Positions 1-7,658 of a stretch of 50,911 nucleotides of DNA are shown piece after piece. Both the position numbers and the translations under genes were made by a program. How positions within the stretch are numbered: the first letter of the stretch is position 1; every line of letters begins with the position of its first letter. The notes beneath the pieces were generated by a model that searched no databases, was not told where the DNA came from, and worked only from the letters and a program-made list of their open reading frames with translations. Origin of the DNA: Pseudomonadales bacterium (GTDB lineage Bacteria; Patescibacteriota; Microgenomatia; UBA1400; PJMF01); the NCBI GenBank assembly GCA_020632265.1, contig JACKFW010000001.1, forward strand, positions 284,981-335,891, in the 5' to 3' direction.

Positions 1-1
1 C

Positions 2-799
2 ACGAATCCAACAAAAAATTTTACAAATCCTTCTATTTCAGAAATAATAACAGATGATGCTCCCGAAGCTCAAGATGACAATCAAGAAATTCCCCCAAAT
101 AGTCCTGTACCTACACCAGATTTTGTTGAAACTGTCTATCAAAATATGACTATTACGGAGATAATGGCCTGCCCATATTCAGAAGATCAAGAGTGGATTA
201 TATTAAACAACGAAGAAAATCATAATATAAATCTAAATGGATGGTATATAAAAGACAATGCTGAAAACAAAATTTTTTTGCCTAACAGTGACATTGCCAA
301 TTTATCATCAATCAAGATTTATTTAGAGAAAAATATTTTAAATAATTCTGGTGACTCAATATTTCTATTTAACCCAAATAATATACTTTCAGACCAATTT
401 ACATTTGAAAATTGTAATTTAGGTATATCACAACTTAGAACAAATAACCAAGAAAATAATGATCAAAATAGTAGCAGTATTCAATTTGAAAATACTTTAG
501 AACAAAAGTTAAATAATAAAAATAATGAAAGTTCAAATCAAATAGAATCTCAAATCAATGACAATGGATTTAATGAATCCATAAATCTATTACAAAAAAT
601 CCATAACTTGTTAAAAATTGTAAATAGTCATAAGGTATCAGTCTGGGATAACTCTGATTTTAAATCAGATAAAATAATTATAAAACATAAAATATTACCA
701 AAAAAGATAGTTTTAAGTGTTATAATTGGAGGAATCATTATTTCCTGCTCTGGATTATTTTTTATTAATATTTCGAAAGATTCCCTTGAAAAAGATTAA
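2..799 (+). CDS. Lamin-tail-domain (LTD) surface protein with C-terminal TM anchor, 5'-partial
   Basis: The frame is open from nt 2, upstream of the track's ATG at 146. ITEIMACP..EWIILNN..NINLNGWYIKD..ILNNSGDSIFL is an LTD-like pattern, followed by an Asn/Gln/Ser-rich linker and the hydrophobic C-terminus IVLSVIIGGIIISCSGLFFI. Confidence 0.7.
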   Translation, partial: TNPTKNFTNPSISEIITDDAPEAQDDNQEIPPNSPVPTPDFVETVYQNMTITEIMACPYSEDQEWIILNNEENHNINLNGWYIKDNAENKIFLPNSDIANLSSIKIYLEKNILNNSGDSIFLFNPNNILSDQFTFENCNLGISQLRTNNQENNDQNSSSIQFENTLEQKLNNKNNESSNQIESQINDNGFNESINLLQKIHNLLKIVNSHKVSVWDNSDFKSDKIIIKHKILPKKIVLSVIIGGIIISCSGLFFINISKDSLEKD

Positions 800-1160
800 A
801 TTATATATTAACGCCTTTTCCCCACCTATAATATGGGCAGCCATTATTTTCCTATTTTCCTCACAATCTAATTTACCTGGATTTGAACAATCTGCTTATG
901 ACTTTGTTCTTAAAAAAATTGCCCATATATTTGTTTATTTCGTTCTATACTTTTTAATCAAAAGAGCATTCGATATAATTTCAAAAAAATCAACCATTTA
1001 TAATCAAATATATTTTCCAATTTTAATTTGCTTTTTATACGCCATCAGTGATGAATTACATCAATCTTTAATTCCAGGAAGATATGCAACAATAAGAGAT
1101 GTGGGATATGATATGTTCGGCATTGGTTTAGCATTTTTAAAAAAATTTGATTTTATTTAA
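786..1160 (+). CDS. VanZ-family membrane protein
   Basis: Motifs WAAIIFLFSS, KKIAHIFVYFVL and SDELHQSLIPGRYATIRDVGYD. Probable start is the in-frame TTG at 786 overlapping the upstream stop; the track start at 726 is likely an over-extension. Confidence 0.85.
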   Translation: MKKIKLYINAFSPPIIWAAIIFLFSSQSNLPGFEQSAYDFVLKKIAHIFVYFVLYFLIKRAFDIISKKSTIYNQIYFPILICFLYAISDELHQSLIPGRYATIRDVGYDMFGIGLAFLKKFDFI

Positions 1161-1191
1161 AAAACTTTAAATTATTTCAAAAAAATGAAGG

Positions 1192-1219
1192 TTGACACTT
1201 GGAAAAAATAAGTGATAAT
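1192..1219 (+). promoter_or_regulatory. Putative sigma70 promoter for hup
   Basis: TTGACA (1192-1197), 16-nt spacer, GATAAT (1214-1219). Confidence 0.5.
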
Positions 1220-1350
1220 TATTCATCTAAGACTCAGTCTGCAATTTTATTGATAAAATAAACTATACATACGGCAAATATCTATAATCAGTATGTCGTA
1301 AATAATTATCAAAATAAAAATAGTATAAATTATTGAAAGGAATTTGGCTC

Positions 1351-1626
1351 ATGACTAAATCACAGTTAATTGCTGTTATCGCTAAAAAAGCGCATCTAAC
1401 AAAAAAGGCTTCATCGGATGCTGTCGAAGCATTATTCGAAGAAATTATTAGATCTTTAAAAAAGGGTGAGAAAGTAGTGATCTCTGGGTTCGGCACTCTT
1501 TATGTAAGTAAAGTTGGAGACAAACAAGTTGTACCGTTTGGCAATGAATCAAAAAGACAAACTATTAAAGGTCATAAAGTTGTTAATTTTAGAGTCGGCA
1601 AACCTCTAAAAAGACAAGTTTGGTAA
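1351..1626 (+). CDS. hup: Histone-like DNA-binding protein HU
   Basis: MTKSQLIAVIAKKAHLTKK..GEKVVISGFGTL..VVNFRVGKPLK is an HU/IHF pattern. SD-like GAAAGGA at 1335-1341 precedes ATG 1351. Confidence 0.93.
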   Translation: MTKSQLIAVIAKKAHLTKKASSDAVEALFEEIIRSLKKGEKVVISGFGTLYVSKVGDKQVVPFGNESKRQTIKGHKVVNFRVGKPLKRQVW

Positions 1627-1653
1627 ATTTATTTTTTACCTATTTTGATATTT

Positions 1654-1676
1654 AACCCCCATTTAAAATGGGGGTT
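1654..1676. terminator. Intrinsic terminator, probably bidirectional, between convergent hup and the 611-aa ORF
   Basis: Perfect 10-bp inverted repeat AACCCCCATT-TAA-AATGGGGGTT in an A/T-rich context. Confidence 0.8.
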
Positions 1677-1711
1677 TTAATTAAAAAAAACCTTCGGAAG
1701 ACAATTCTCTC

Positions 1712-3547
1712 TTACTTATCCCAAGCATTCCGCAAAAAGTCTGCTTTAATACTGATTCTTCTATTATGTTCGTATACATATTGAACCAAAACAATCATAT
1801 CGTCTCCCAAGACCGTCTGAGCATACCTTCCAGTCCAAGTTTGCCTGGCAGCAAGTTTCATTGCTCTCTGTTCCAAATTTCCAGTCTCACCTGATTCTGC
1901 TAAAGATCTCCATAAATCTGCCTTGGCTTGTTCAAATGTCCCATAAATTGTTGATGAGAGCGGGTACCAATTACTACTTACACCGTTAATTATCTCGCTC
2001 CCTCCAACTAATTGTATAAAATAATCTAAAAAACGACTGGCGTATAGGTCTGGATGCTGAGCCCCAACAGAACCAAAGGCACTGGTGACATCGCCTTTCG
2101 AATAAGGTGTTACTGTTGTAAACAAACTGGGATAGAGTATGCCTTCTTTTAAATTTACTGACATTTCCATAGATGGCACCAGTTTATCAATTATTCTAAG
2201 TGATGCCGTACTAACTTCTCCGTCTTGTTTTTTTACTATATCCCATGATGCTACTAAAGATCTATTAGAAGGTCCGACAAACTCTTGACTACCCTTGTTG
2301 ACTAATAAGCCATTTTGATCTTGATAATATCCGTTTCGTTCAATCATACTTGTGATATTACCGAAGTCTACTCCTGGACCAGAAATAACTATTCCTCGCT
2401 GTTCAATGAGGTTCTGAATCTCTGGAGTTAAGCTTTGCTGTCGAAGACGCTCTAGAATTGCATCAGCTGTTATATCTGGAGGAAGATTGGCAATTCTCAG
2501 CTGTATTGGAGGTGTGTCATTATCAATGGTTGGTGGCACCCAAATTTCAACGTCCAGTGGAGTCAAACCTTGAATGCTATCTTGTAAAATTCTCGCAACA
2601 ACTCCTTCCAATTGCACTCCAGCTTGATATAAGAGATATTGATTGGGATCAGATGGTGGCAAATCAACTCCAATTCTATTATCTGGATCTGGAGGCGAAA
2701 CTCGGAATTGTGCTGGATTGTTTAAAATTTCTTGAAAAGTCCCAACATAATCAGGGGATGGAAGCATTCTTGTAGTCAAATCATTTATCATATCAAGAAC
2801 ATAGTAAGCAACTCCACCAACCATGACAATAGCTAGTGCTACCTCTCCAAAAGGTGTGGGTTCTGTTCCAGCAACTGCGGCAATCAGCACCACTTGTTTC
2901 GATAATAAGCCGTTTACGTATTCTGGAGAATCCTGATTCTGCTCAGGAACATAGACTGTACAGCTTGTTTGATCACCAGTTGATGAATCTCGAGTAGGAG
3001 GAACGGAAATTCCATCTTGCGGCACCCGAACAAAAGTTTTGCTTCCAAAAACATAAGTCTCTTGAGTAGGTGATGAACTTGTCGTTGTTGTCTCAGGATC
3101 TTCTCCCTCCACCAGCCCTATTCTCGGACCTTCAGGAGTAACACCTGTTGTTTGGCTTGGTGCGCACCCTGCCAACATAAACTGGAGAAACATAAGTATT
3201 ACCAAAATCAATAAAAGAGGTTTCTGAAGTCCGCTTTCTCGACGATAAACGATTGGTTCTGATTGAACTCCAATGCGAGGAAAGCTCGCACTATTCTGTA
3301 ACGCAACATATGTATTAGTAAGTTTAAGCTTTAAATCCAATACAATTTCTAATTCATCTGGCTGTAATTCCCTGTCGTTTCTTTCCAAATAAAACGTGAT
3401 AATCTGCTGTTGTAATAAACGCAACCAATTTTCCAAACCTCTTTTTCTCCTTACTGCTTCAGAGTGACCACCAGAAAGATCTCTCCATTGTAATGGAATG
3501 TGAGGATTTTTAACGTACTGATTACCTACTATTTCGGCTATATTCAT
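1712..3547 (-). CDS. Hypothetical 611-aa membrane/lipoprotein-like protein with polymorphic-toxin-like motifs
   Basis: Long ORF with SD AGGAG before ATG 3547 and an upstream promoter. Hydrophobic stretch ending in LAGC at aa 111-128; second hydrophobic segment with EPTPFGE (aa 219-250); C-terminal AARQTWTGRYA motif. The CDS is well supported; the function is inferred. Confidence 0.6.
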   Translation of the reverse strand: MNIAEIVGNQYVKNPHIPLQWRDLSGGHSEAVRRKRGLENWLRLLQQQIITFYLERNDRELQPDELEIVLDLKLKLTNTYVALQNSASFPRIGVQSEPIVYRRESGLQKPLLLILVILMFLQFMLAGCAPSQTTGVTPEGPRIGLVEGEDPETTTTSSSPTQETYVFGSKTFVRVPQDGISVPPTRDSSTGDQTSCTVYVPEQNQDSPEYVNGLLSKQVVLIAAVAGTEPTPFGEVALAIVMVGGVAYYVLDMINDLTTRMLPSPDYVGTFQEILNNPAQFRVSPPDPDNRIGVDLPPSDPNQYLLYQAGVQLEGVVARILQDSIQGLTPLDVEIWVPPTIDNDTPPIQLRIANLPPDITADAILERLRQQSLTPEIQNLIEQRGIVISGPGVDFGNITSMIERNGYYQDQNGLLVNKGSQEFVGPSNRSLVASWDIVKKQDGEVSTASLRIIDKLVPSMEMSVNLKEGILYPSLFTTVTPYSKGDVTSAFGSVGAQHPDLYASRFLDYFIQLVGGSEIINGVSSNWYPLSSTIYGTFEQAKADLWRSLAESGETGNLEQRAMKLAARQTWTGRYAQTVLGDDMIVLVQYVYEHNRRISIKADFLRNAWDK

Positions 3548-3588
3548 TGTATTCTCCTAGATATTGATATTCATAACTAAAGCAAACT

Positions 3589-3617
3589 AGTCTACCATAA
3601 ATCTTATAATATTTCAA
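3589..3617 (-). promoter_or_regulatory. Putative sigma70 promoter for the 611-aa ORF
   Basis: Minus strand: TTGAAA, 17 nt, TAGACT, with TG extension (TGGTAGACT). Confidence 0.6.
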
Positions 3618-3760
3618 TATTGGATTATATTGGTAACACTATTTTACTGAAATTTCCCATAGACCACACATCACATTTAGCTTGAATGCAATTTTTCAAG
3701 TGAAATTGTACTACTAACTATATATAAGGCAAGTTGCTCTTCATTTATTGAAAAAACCCA

Positions 3761-3840
3761 ACAACTCCACTAGTTATTGTAGATACAACTCCACTAGTTA
3801 TTGTAGATACACCTCTACTGGTTATTGTAGATACACCTCT
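3761..3840. repeat. 24-bp tandem direct repeat, 3.3 copies
   Basis: ACAACTCCACTAGTTATTGTAGAT x2 (3761-3808), ACACCTCTACTGGTTATTGTAGAT (3809-3832), partial ACACCTCT (3833-3840). No spacers. Confidence 0.95.
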
Positions 3841-4225
3841 TTGATAATCAGGAAGGAAATCAATGATTTAACTTCCACCAAACCATTGAATTGAAGCAGA
3901 ATAACAAAACAAAGATGTTTCAGAAGCAAAATTGGATCTTTACCACTCAAATTTTGGATGAGGTGAATTAAAAGAATCTCTTACTATAACTCCCAGAGCT
4001 AGCACCTACTTTGATTGCAAATAAACTTCATTAGCTACCATACCCACATACACCACCATATTATATGATTGAATGCTATTGATACTAAATTTATTTTGTT
4101 TCATTTTGGAACACTGTCATCAGGACATTCAACCTGCGCCCTAATATTCCACACTCCCGGAGGATCGCTACAATTATGAACTTTAGAGCAACGCTTAATT
4201 AACAGAATACCTCTTGATCTAAAAG

Positions 4226-4234
4226 TGTTAAAAT
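4226..4234 (+). promoter_or_regulatory. Putative extended -10 promoter of the ABC operon
   Basis: TGTTAAAAT ending 8 nt before ATG 4243. Confidence 0.45.
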
Positions 4235-4242
4235 ACGTCTAG

Positions 4243-5043
4243 ATGCTTAAAAAATATTATTTAATCTTCAAATACATGCTTATCAGAACATTGCAATTCA
4301 GAGCTGAAATTGTAGTATATTCGTTTCTAGACATTATTCCTTTTTTTGTACTATTTTTTTTATGGAGCGCTGTTTATTCAAATCAACAAATAATTAATTC
4401 TTATTCATTTTCAGACATCGTTCAATATTATATTATTGTAATTCTTGTCCAGAGGTTTTCCTCCACCTATTTTGAAGTCTGGCGATCGCAAGAAATAAGA
4501 ATGGGTAAAATTGATTACTTCTTAACCAGACCTTTTTCATACATCAATGAAATTGTTTCAAAAGAAGTTGGGGGTAAAATTGTTAGCCTATTATTTTCAA
4601 TTCCAATACTCTATTTACTTTATCTTTTAACTATCAATATATTTAAATTATCCAATATATCTTTAAATTTTAATAACGTAATGATTTTTTTCGGTTTAAT
4701 CATAGCAGCGTATGCAATGCAAATTATGATTGCACTTTGGATTGTTTTACTAACTTTCTGGTTTGAAGGTTCAAGCGGTCTAGAGCATTTTAAATGGATT
4801 ATTTTATCTCTTTTTAGTGGTTCAACAATACCTTTTGAATTTATGCCTAACTGGTTACAAACAATATTTAATTATCTTCCATTTAAATATATGAGTTATA
4901 TACCAGTAAGAGTTATTCAGGGAAAAACAAATTTTACCAATAATGACGCCTTGGTTGTCATATCAACAATAATTTTTATGATATTAATTAGTAAAGTTCT
5001 TTGGACCAAAGCAAAGTATAAATATTCATCGGCTGGAGGTTAA
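4243..5043 (+). CDS. ABC-2 family permease (ABC2_membrane_6/DUF990, COG4587-like)
   Basis: About six hydrophobic segments; EIRMGKIDYFLTRPFS, LFSGSTIPFEFMP..LPFKY and C-terminal YSSAGG; in an operon with an ABC ATPase. Confidence 0.85.
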   Translation: MLKKYYLIFKYMLIRTLQFRAEIVVYSFLDIIPFFVLFFLWSAVYSNQQIINSYSFSDIVQYYIIVILVQRFSSTYFEVWRSQEIRMGKIDYFLTRPFSYINEIVSKEVGGKIVSLLFSIPILYLLYLLTINIFKLSNISLNFNNVMIFFGLIIAAYAMQIMIALWIVLLTFWFEGSSGLEHFKWIILSLFSGSTIPFEFMPNWLQTIFNYLPFKYMSYIPVRVIQGKTNFTNNDALVVISTIIFMILISKVLWTKAKYKYSSAGG

Positions 5044-5832
5044 ATGAAAAAGTATTGGAATTTGTTTTGGCATTTTAGAAAAATCCAATTAATGAAAATG
5101 ATGGAGTACCGAAGTGATTTTTTCTTTTGGATGATAGTTTCATTAATGTGGACTGCTTTTAATTATTTTTTTTATTCTTTAATAATTGGTAATAGTAAAA
5201 ACATTGCCGGCTGGAGTTATGATGAAGTCATGATCTTGCTTTCGTTTTTTACAATGATTGATGCATTTACCTGGTCGGTATTTTATCCAAATATGATTGA
5301 CTACACAGAATCAATTTACGATGGAACATTAAGTAAATTATTATTGTTACCCATCAGTAATGTATTTGTAATTCTGAATCAAAATACAACTTATCACAAT
5401 ATCCCAAGATTTTTTATTGGATTAATAGTATTAATCACAACAGTAGCAAAAATGAATATCAATGTAGATGTTTTTCAAATATTACTGGCCACTCTATTGT
5501 TCCTAACTTCAATAATATTTATTTATAGCGGGTGGTTTATTTTGGCCACTCTCGCCTTTTGGGTTGAAAAACTCAAGAACATTAATGAAATCATGCCGGG
5601 TTTTAGAAACGTTTATCAAATGCCAGTCTCAATCTACACTGGAATTACTAGTATTGCGGTAACTTTCATTTTTCCGTTGGGATTGGTAACAACTCTTCCT
5701 AGTGAAGTAATTTTAGGAAGAAGTAATTCTTTCAACATAATATATTTTATATTATTCACATTTATATTTGCTAGCCTAACTCTTCATTTTTTTAATTACT
5801 CAATTAAAAAATATTCTAGCGTGGGAAATTAA
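5044..5832 (+). CDS. ABC-2 family permease (ABC2_membrane_6/DUF990, COG3694-like)
   Basis: MEYRSDFFF, IAGWSYDEVMIL, DGTLSKLLLLPIS, YQMPVSIY and C-terminal KYSSVGN. Confidence 0.85.
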   Translation: MKKYWNLFWHFRKIQLMKMMEYRSDFFFWMIVSLMWTAFNYFFYSLIIGNSKNIAGWSYDEVMILLSFFTMIDAFTWSVFYPNMIDYTESIYDGTLSKLLLLPISNVFVILNQNTTYHNIPRFFIGLIVLITTVAKMNINVDVFQILLATLLFLTSIIFIYSGWFILATLAFWVEKLKNINEIMPGFRNVYQMPVSIYTGITSIAVTFIFPLGLVTTLPSEVILGRSNSFNIIYFILFTFIFASLTLHFFNYSIKKYSSVGN

Positions 5833-5857
5833 TTATTATTTAAGATACAATAGATTT

Positions 5858-6856
5858 ATGAAAAAAACTGTTATTAAGATTGAAAACTTAAAAAAATATT
5901 TCAAAGTTTATAAAAAAGAGCCAGGTTTAATAGGTTCAATTAAATCTCTTTGGAAAAGAAAATATGAAACTGTCAAAGCAGTCGATGATATTAGTTTTGA
6001 AATAACTCAGGGAGAAATAGTTGGCTTTATCGGACAAAATGGTGCTGGAAAAACCACCACTCTTAAAATGCTTTCAGGGTTGCTTTATCCAACAGCAGGA
6101 AAAATTGATGTGCTTGGCTTTAGACCCTGGGATCGAAAACCTGCATTTCAAAAACAATTCTCATTAGTGATGGGCCAAAAAAATCAACTTTGGTGGGATT
6201 TGCCAGCTATCGAATCATTCTATTTAAATAAAGCAATTTATGAAATTCCTGATAAAGAATTTGATATTACTCTTGAAAAGCTCGCAACAATCTTGGATGT
6301 CAAAGACATTTTACAAATTCAAGTTCGTAAACTTTCCTTGGGTCAAAGAATGAAGTGTGAAATTATTGCCGCCCTTTTGCATAGCCCAAAGGTTTTATTT
6401 TTGGATGAACCAACAATTGGTTTAGACGTTGTGATGCAAAAAATTCTTAGAGATTTTATTAAAATCTACAATAAGGAATTTGGCGCAACTATTATATTAA
6501 CAAGTCACTATATGGGTGATGTCAAAGAACTTTGTGAGAGAGTAATTATCATTGACAAAGGAAGTAAGATCTTTGATGGAAAACTAGACGACATTATCAA
6601 TAAATATGCTCGCAATAAAATCCTTTCCTTTACTTTAGGAAATGGCACTTCAGAAAATGATTTAAAAGAGTATGGAGAAATAAAATCTTTCGAAAATCAA
6701 AGAGCTACTTTAATAGTTCCACGTATCCAAGCTACTCAAATTGCTTCTAAAATTTTAAATAAGTTTAAAATTATTGATTTAAATATTGAAGAAGCCTCTA
6801 TTGAAGCCGTAATCAGAGAGATATTTGGTGATAAAAATAATAAACAAGAAAAGTAA
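5858..6856 (+). CDS. ABC transporter ATP-binding protein (COG4586-like)
   Basis: Walker A GQNGAGKTT, signature variant LSLGQRM, Walker B VLFLDEPT, H-loop LTSHYMGD. Confidence 0.95.
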   Translation: MKKTVIKIENLKKYFKVYKKEPGLIGSIKSLWKRKYETVKAVDDISFEITQGEIVGFIGQNGAGKTTTLKMLSGLLYPTAGKIDVLGFRPWDRKPAFQKQFSLVMGQKNQLWWDLPAIESFYLNKAIYEIPDKEFDITLEKLATILDVKDILQIQVRKLSLGQRMKCEIIAALLHSPKVLFLDEPTIGLDVVMQKILRDFIKIYNKEFGATIILTSHYMGDVKELCERVIIIDKGSKIFDGKLDDIINKYARNKILSFTLGNGTSENDLKEYGEIKSFENQRATLIVPRIQATQIASKILNKFKIIDLNIEEASIEAVIREIFGDKNNKQEK

Positions 6857-6865
6857 TATTGTCTT

Positions 6866-7657
6866 ATGACAAAATACTTAACTCTTCTTAAATTAAGTTG
6901 GCAAAATGGATTGGTCTATAGACTAAGTTTGTTTACTTGGAGACTGAGACAATTCTTATCAAGTCTGATGTCATTAACAGTTTGGACAGTTATTTTTACT
7001 TCAAACAATAATGCATTTGGCTATTCACAAGATAATATGATCACTTATATATTTTTAATTGCATTTTTACAAAGTATTATTATTGCTTCTTCATTAAATG
7101 GACTTGCTCAAAGAATATATTCGGGAGAAATAAGCAATCATTTATTAAAACCTTTTAATATTTTTGCTTTTTTCGCAATCGAAGAAATTGCCGATAAAGT
7201 CAAAAACACTTTTTTTTTAATTTTTGAAACATTCATATTATTTTTGTTATTTAAACCACTAATTTCTTTTCCAGATTTTAAAATATTTTCAATATTTTTA
7301 ATATGGTGTTTTGGAGGTTTAATCATGAACTTTTTCATTTCTCTATTATTTGGGAGTTTAGGTTTTTGGAGCCCACAAGTTTGGGGCCCAAAATTTTTGT
7401 TTTTTATGATCTTGGAATTCACTGCTGGAAAACTCTTTCCCCTCGATATTTTACCAAAAATATTGCAAAAAATTATTTATATTACGCCTTTCCCGTATCT
7501 CTCTTTTTTGCAAATTCAATTATTTTTGGGAAGATTAAACTCGAATGATATTCTTCACCATTCATTAATATTTATTACATGGATAATATTTTTAGGTCTA
7601 TCGACAAAATATATATGGGATAAAGGCTTAAGATCTTATGAAGCCACGGGCCAATGA
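6866..7657 (+). CDS. ABC-2 family permease (COG4587-like, second copy)
   Basis: LVYRLS, IYSGEISNHLLKPFN, AGKLFPLDILP..TPFPY and C-terminal YEATGQ. Confidence 0.85.
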   Translation: MTKYLTLLKLSWQNGLVYRLSLFTWRLRQFLSSLMSLTVWTVIFTSNNNAFGYSQDNMITYIFLIAFLQSIIIASSLNGLAQRIYSGEISNHLLKPFNIFAFFAIEEIADKVKNTFFLIFETFILFLLFKPLISFPDFKIFSIFLIWCFGGLIMNFFISLLFGSLGFWSPQVWGPKFLFFMILEFTAGKLFPLDILPKILQKIIYITPFPYLSFLQIQLFLGRLNSNDILHHSLIFITWIIFLGLSTKYIWDKGLRSYEATGQ

Positions 7658-7658
7658 T

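Noticed and set aside
1263-1496. 77-aa minus-strand ORF as immunity gene for the 611-aa protein
   Set aside because: It is an antisense shadow of hup and lies beyond the terminator.
2458-2775. 105-aa plus-strand ORF inside the 611-aa gene
   Set aside because: Fully antisense to a well-supported CDS, with no recognisable motif or SD; it cannot be wholly excluded as an antisense-encoded partner.
3761-3840. CRISPR array
   Set aside because: Units are directly adjacent with no unique spacers, and no cas genes are present.
3625-4104. Single long minus-strand gene restored by stop-codon readthrough or recoding
   Set aside because: The frame contains both TAA and TAG stops. Elsewhere genes end cleanly at TGA (7657, 46030) and TAG (8450, 13124, 25541), and Trp is TGG, consistent with code 11.
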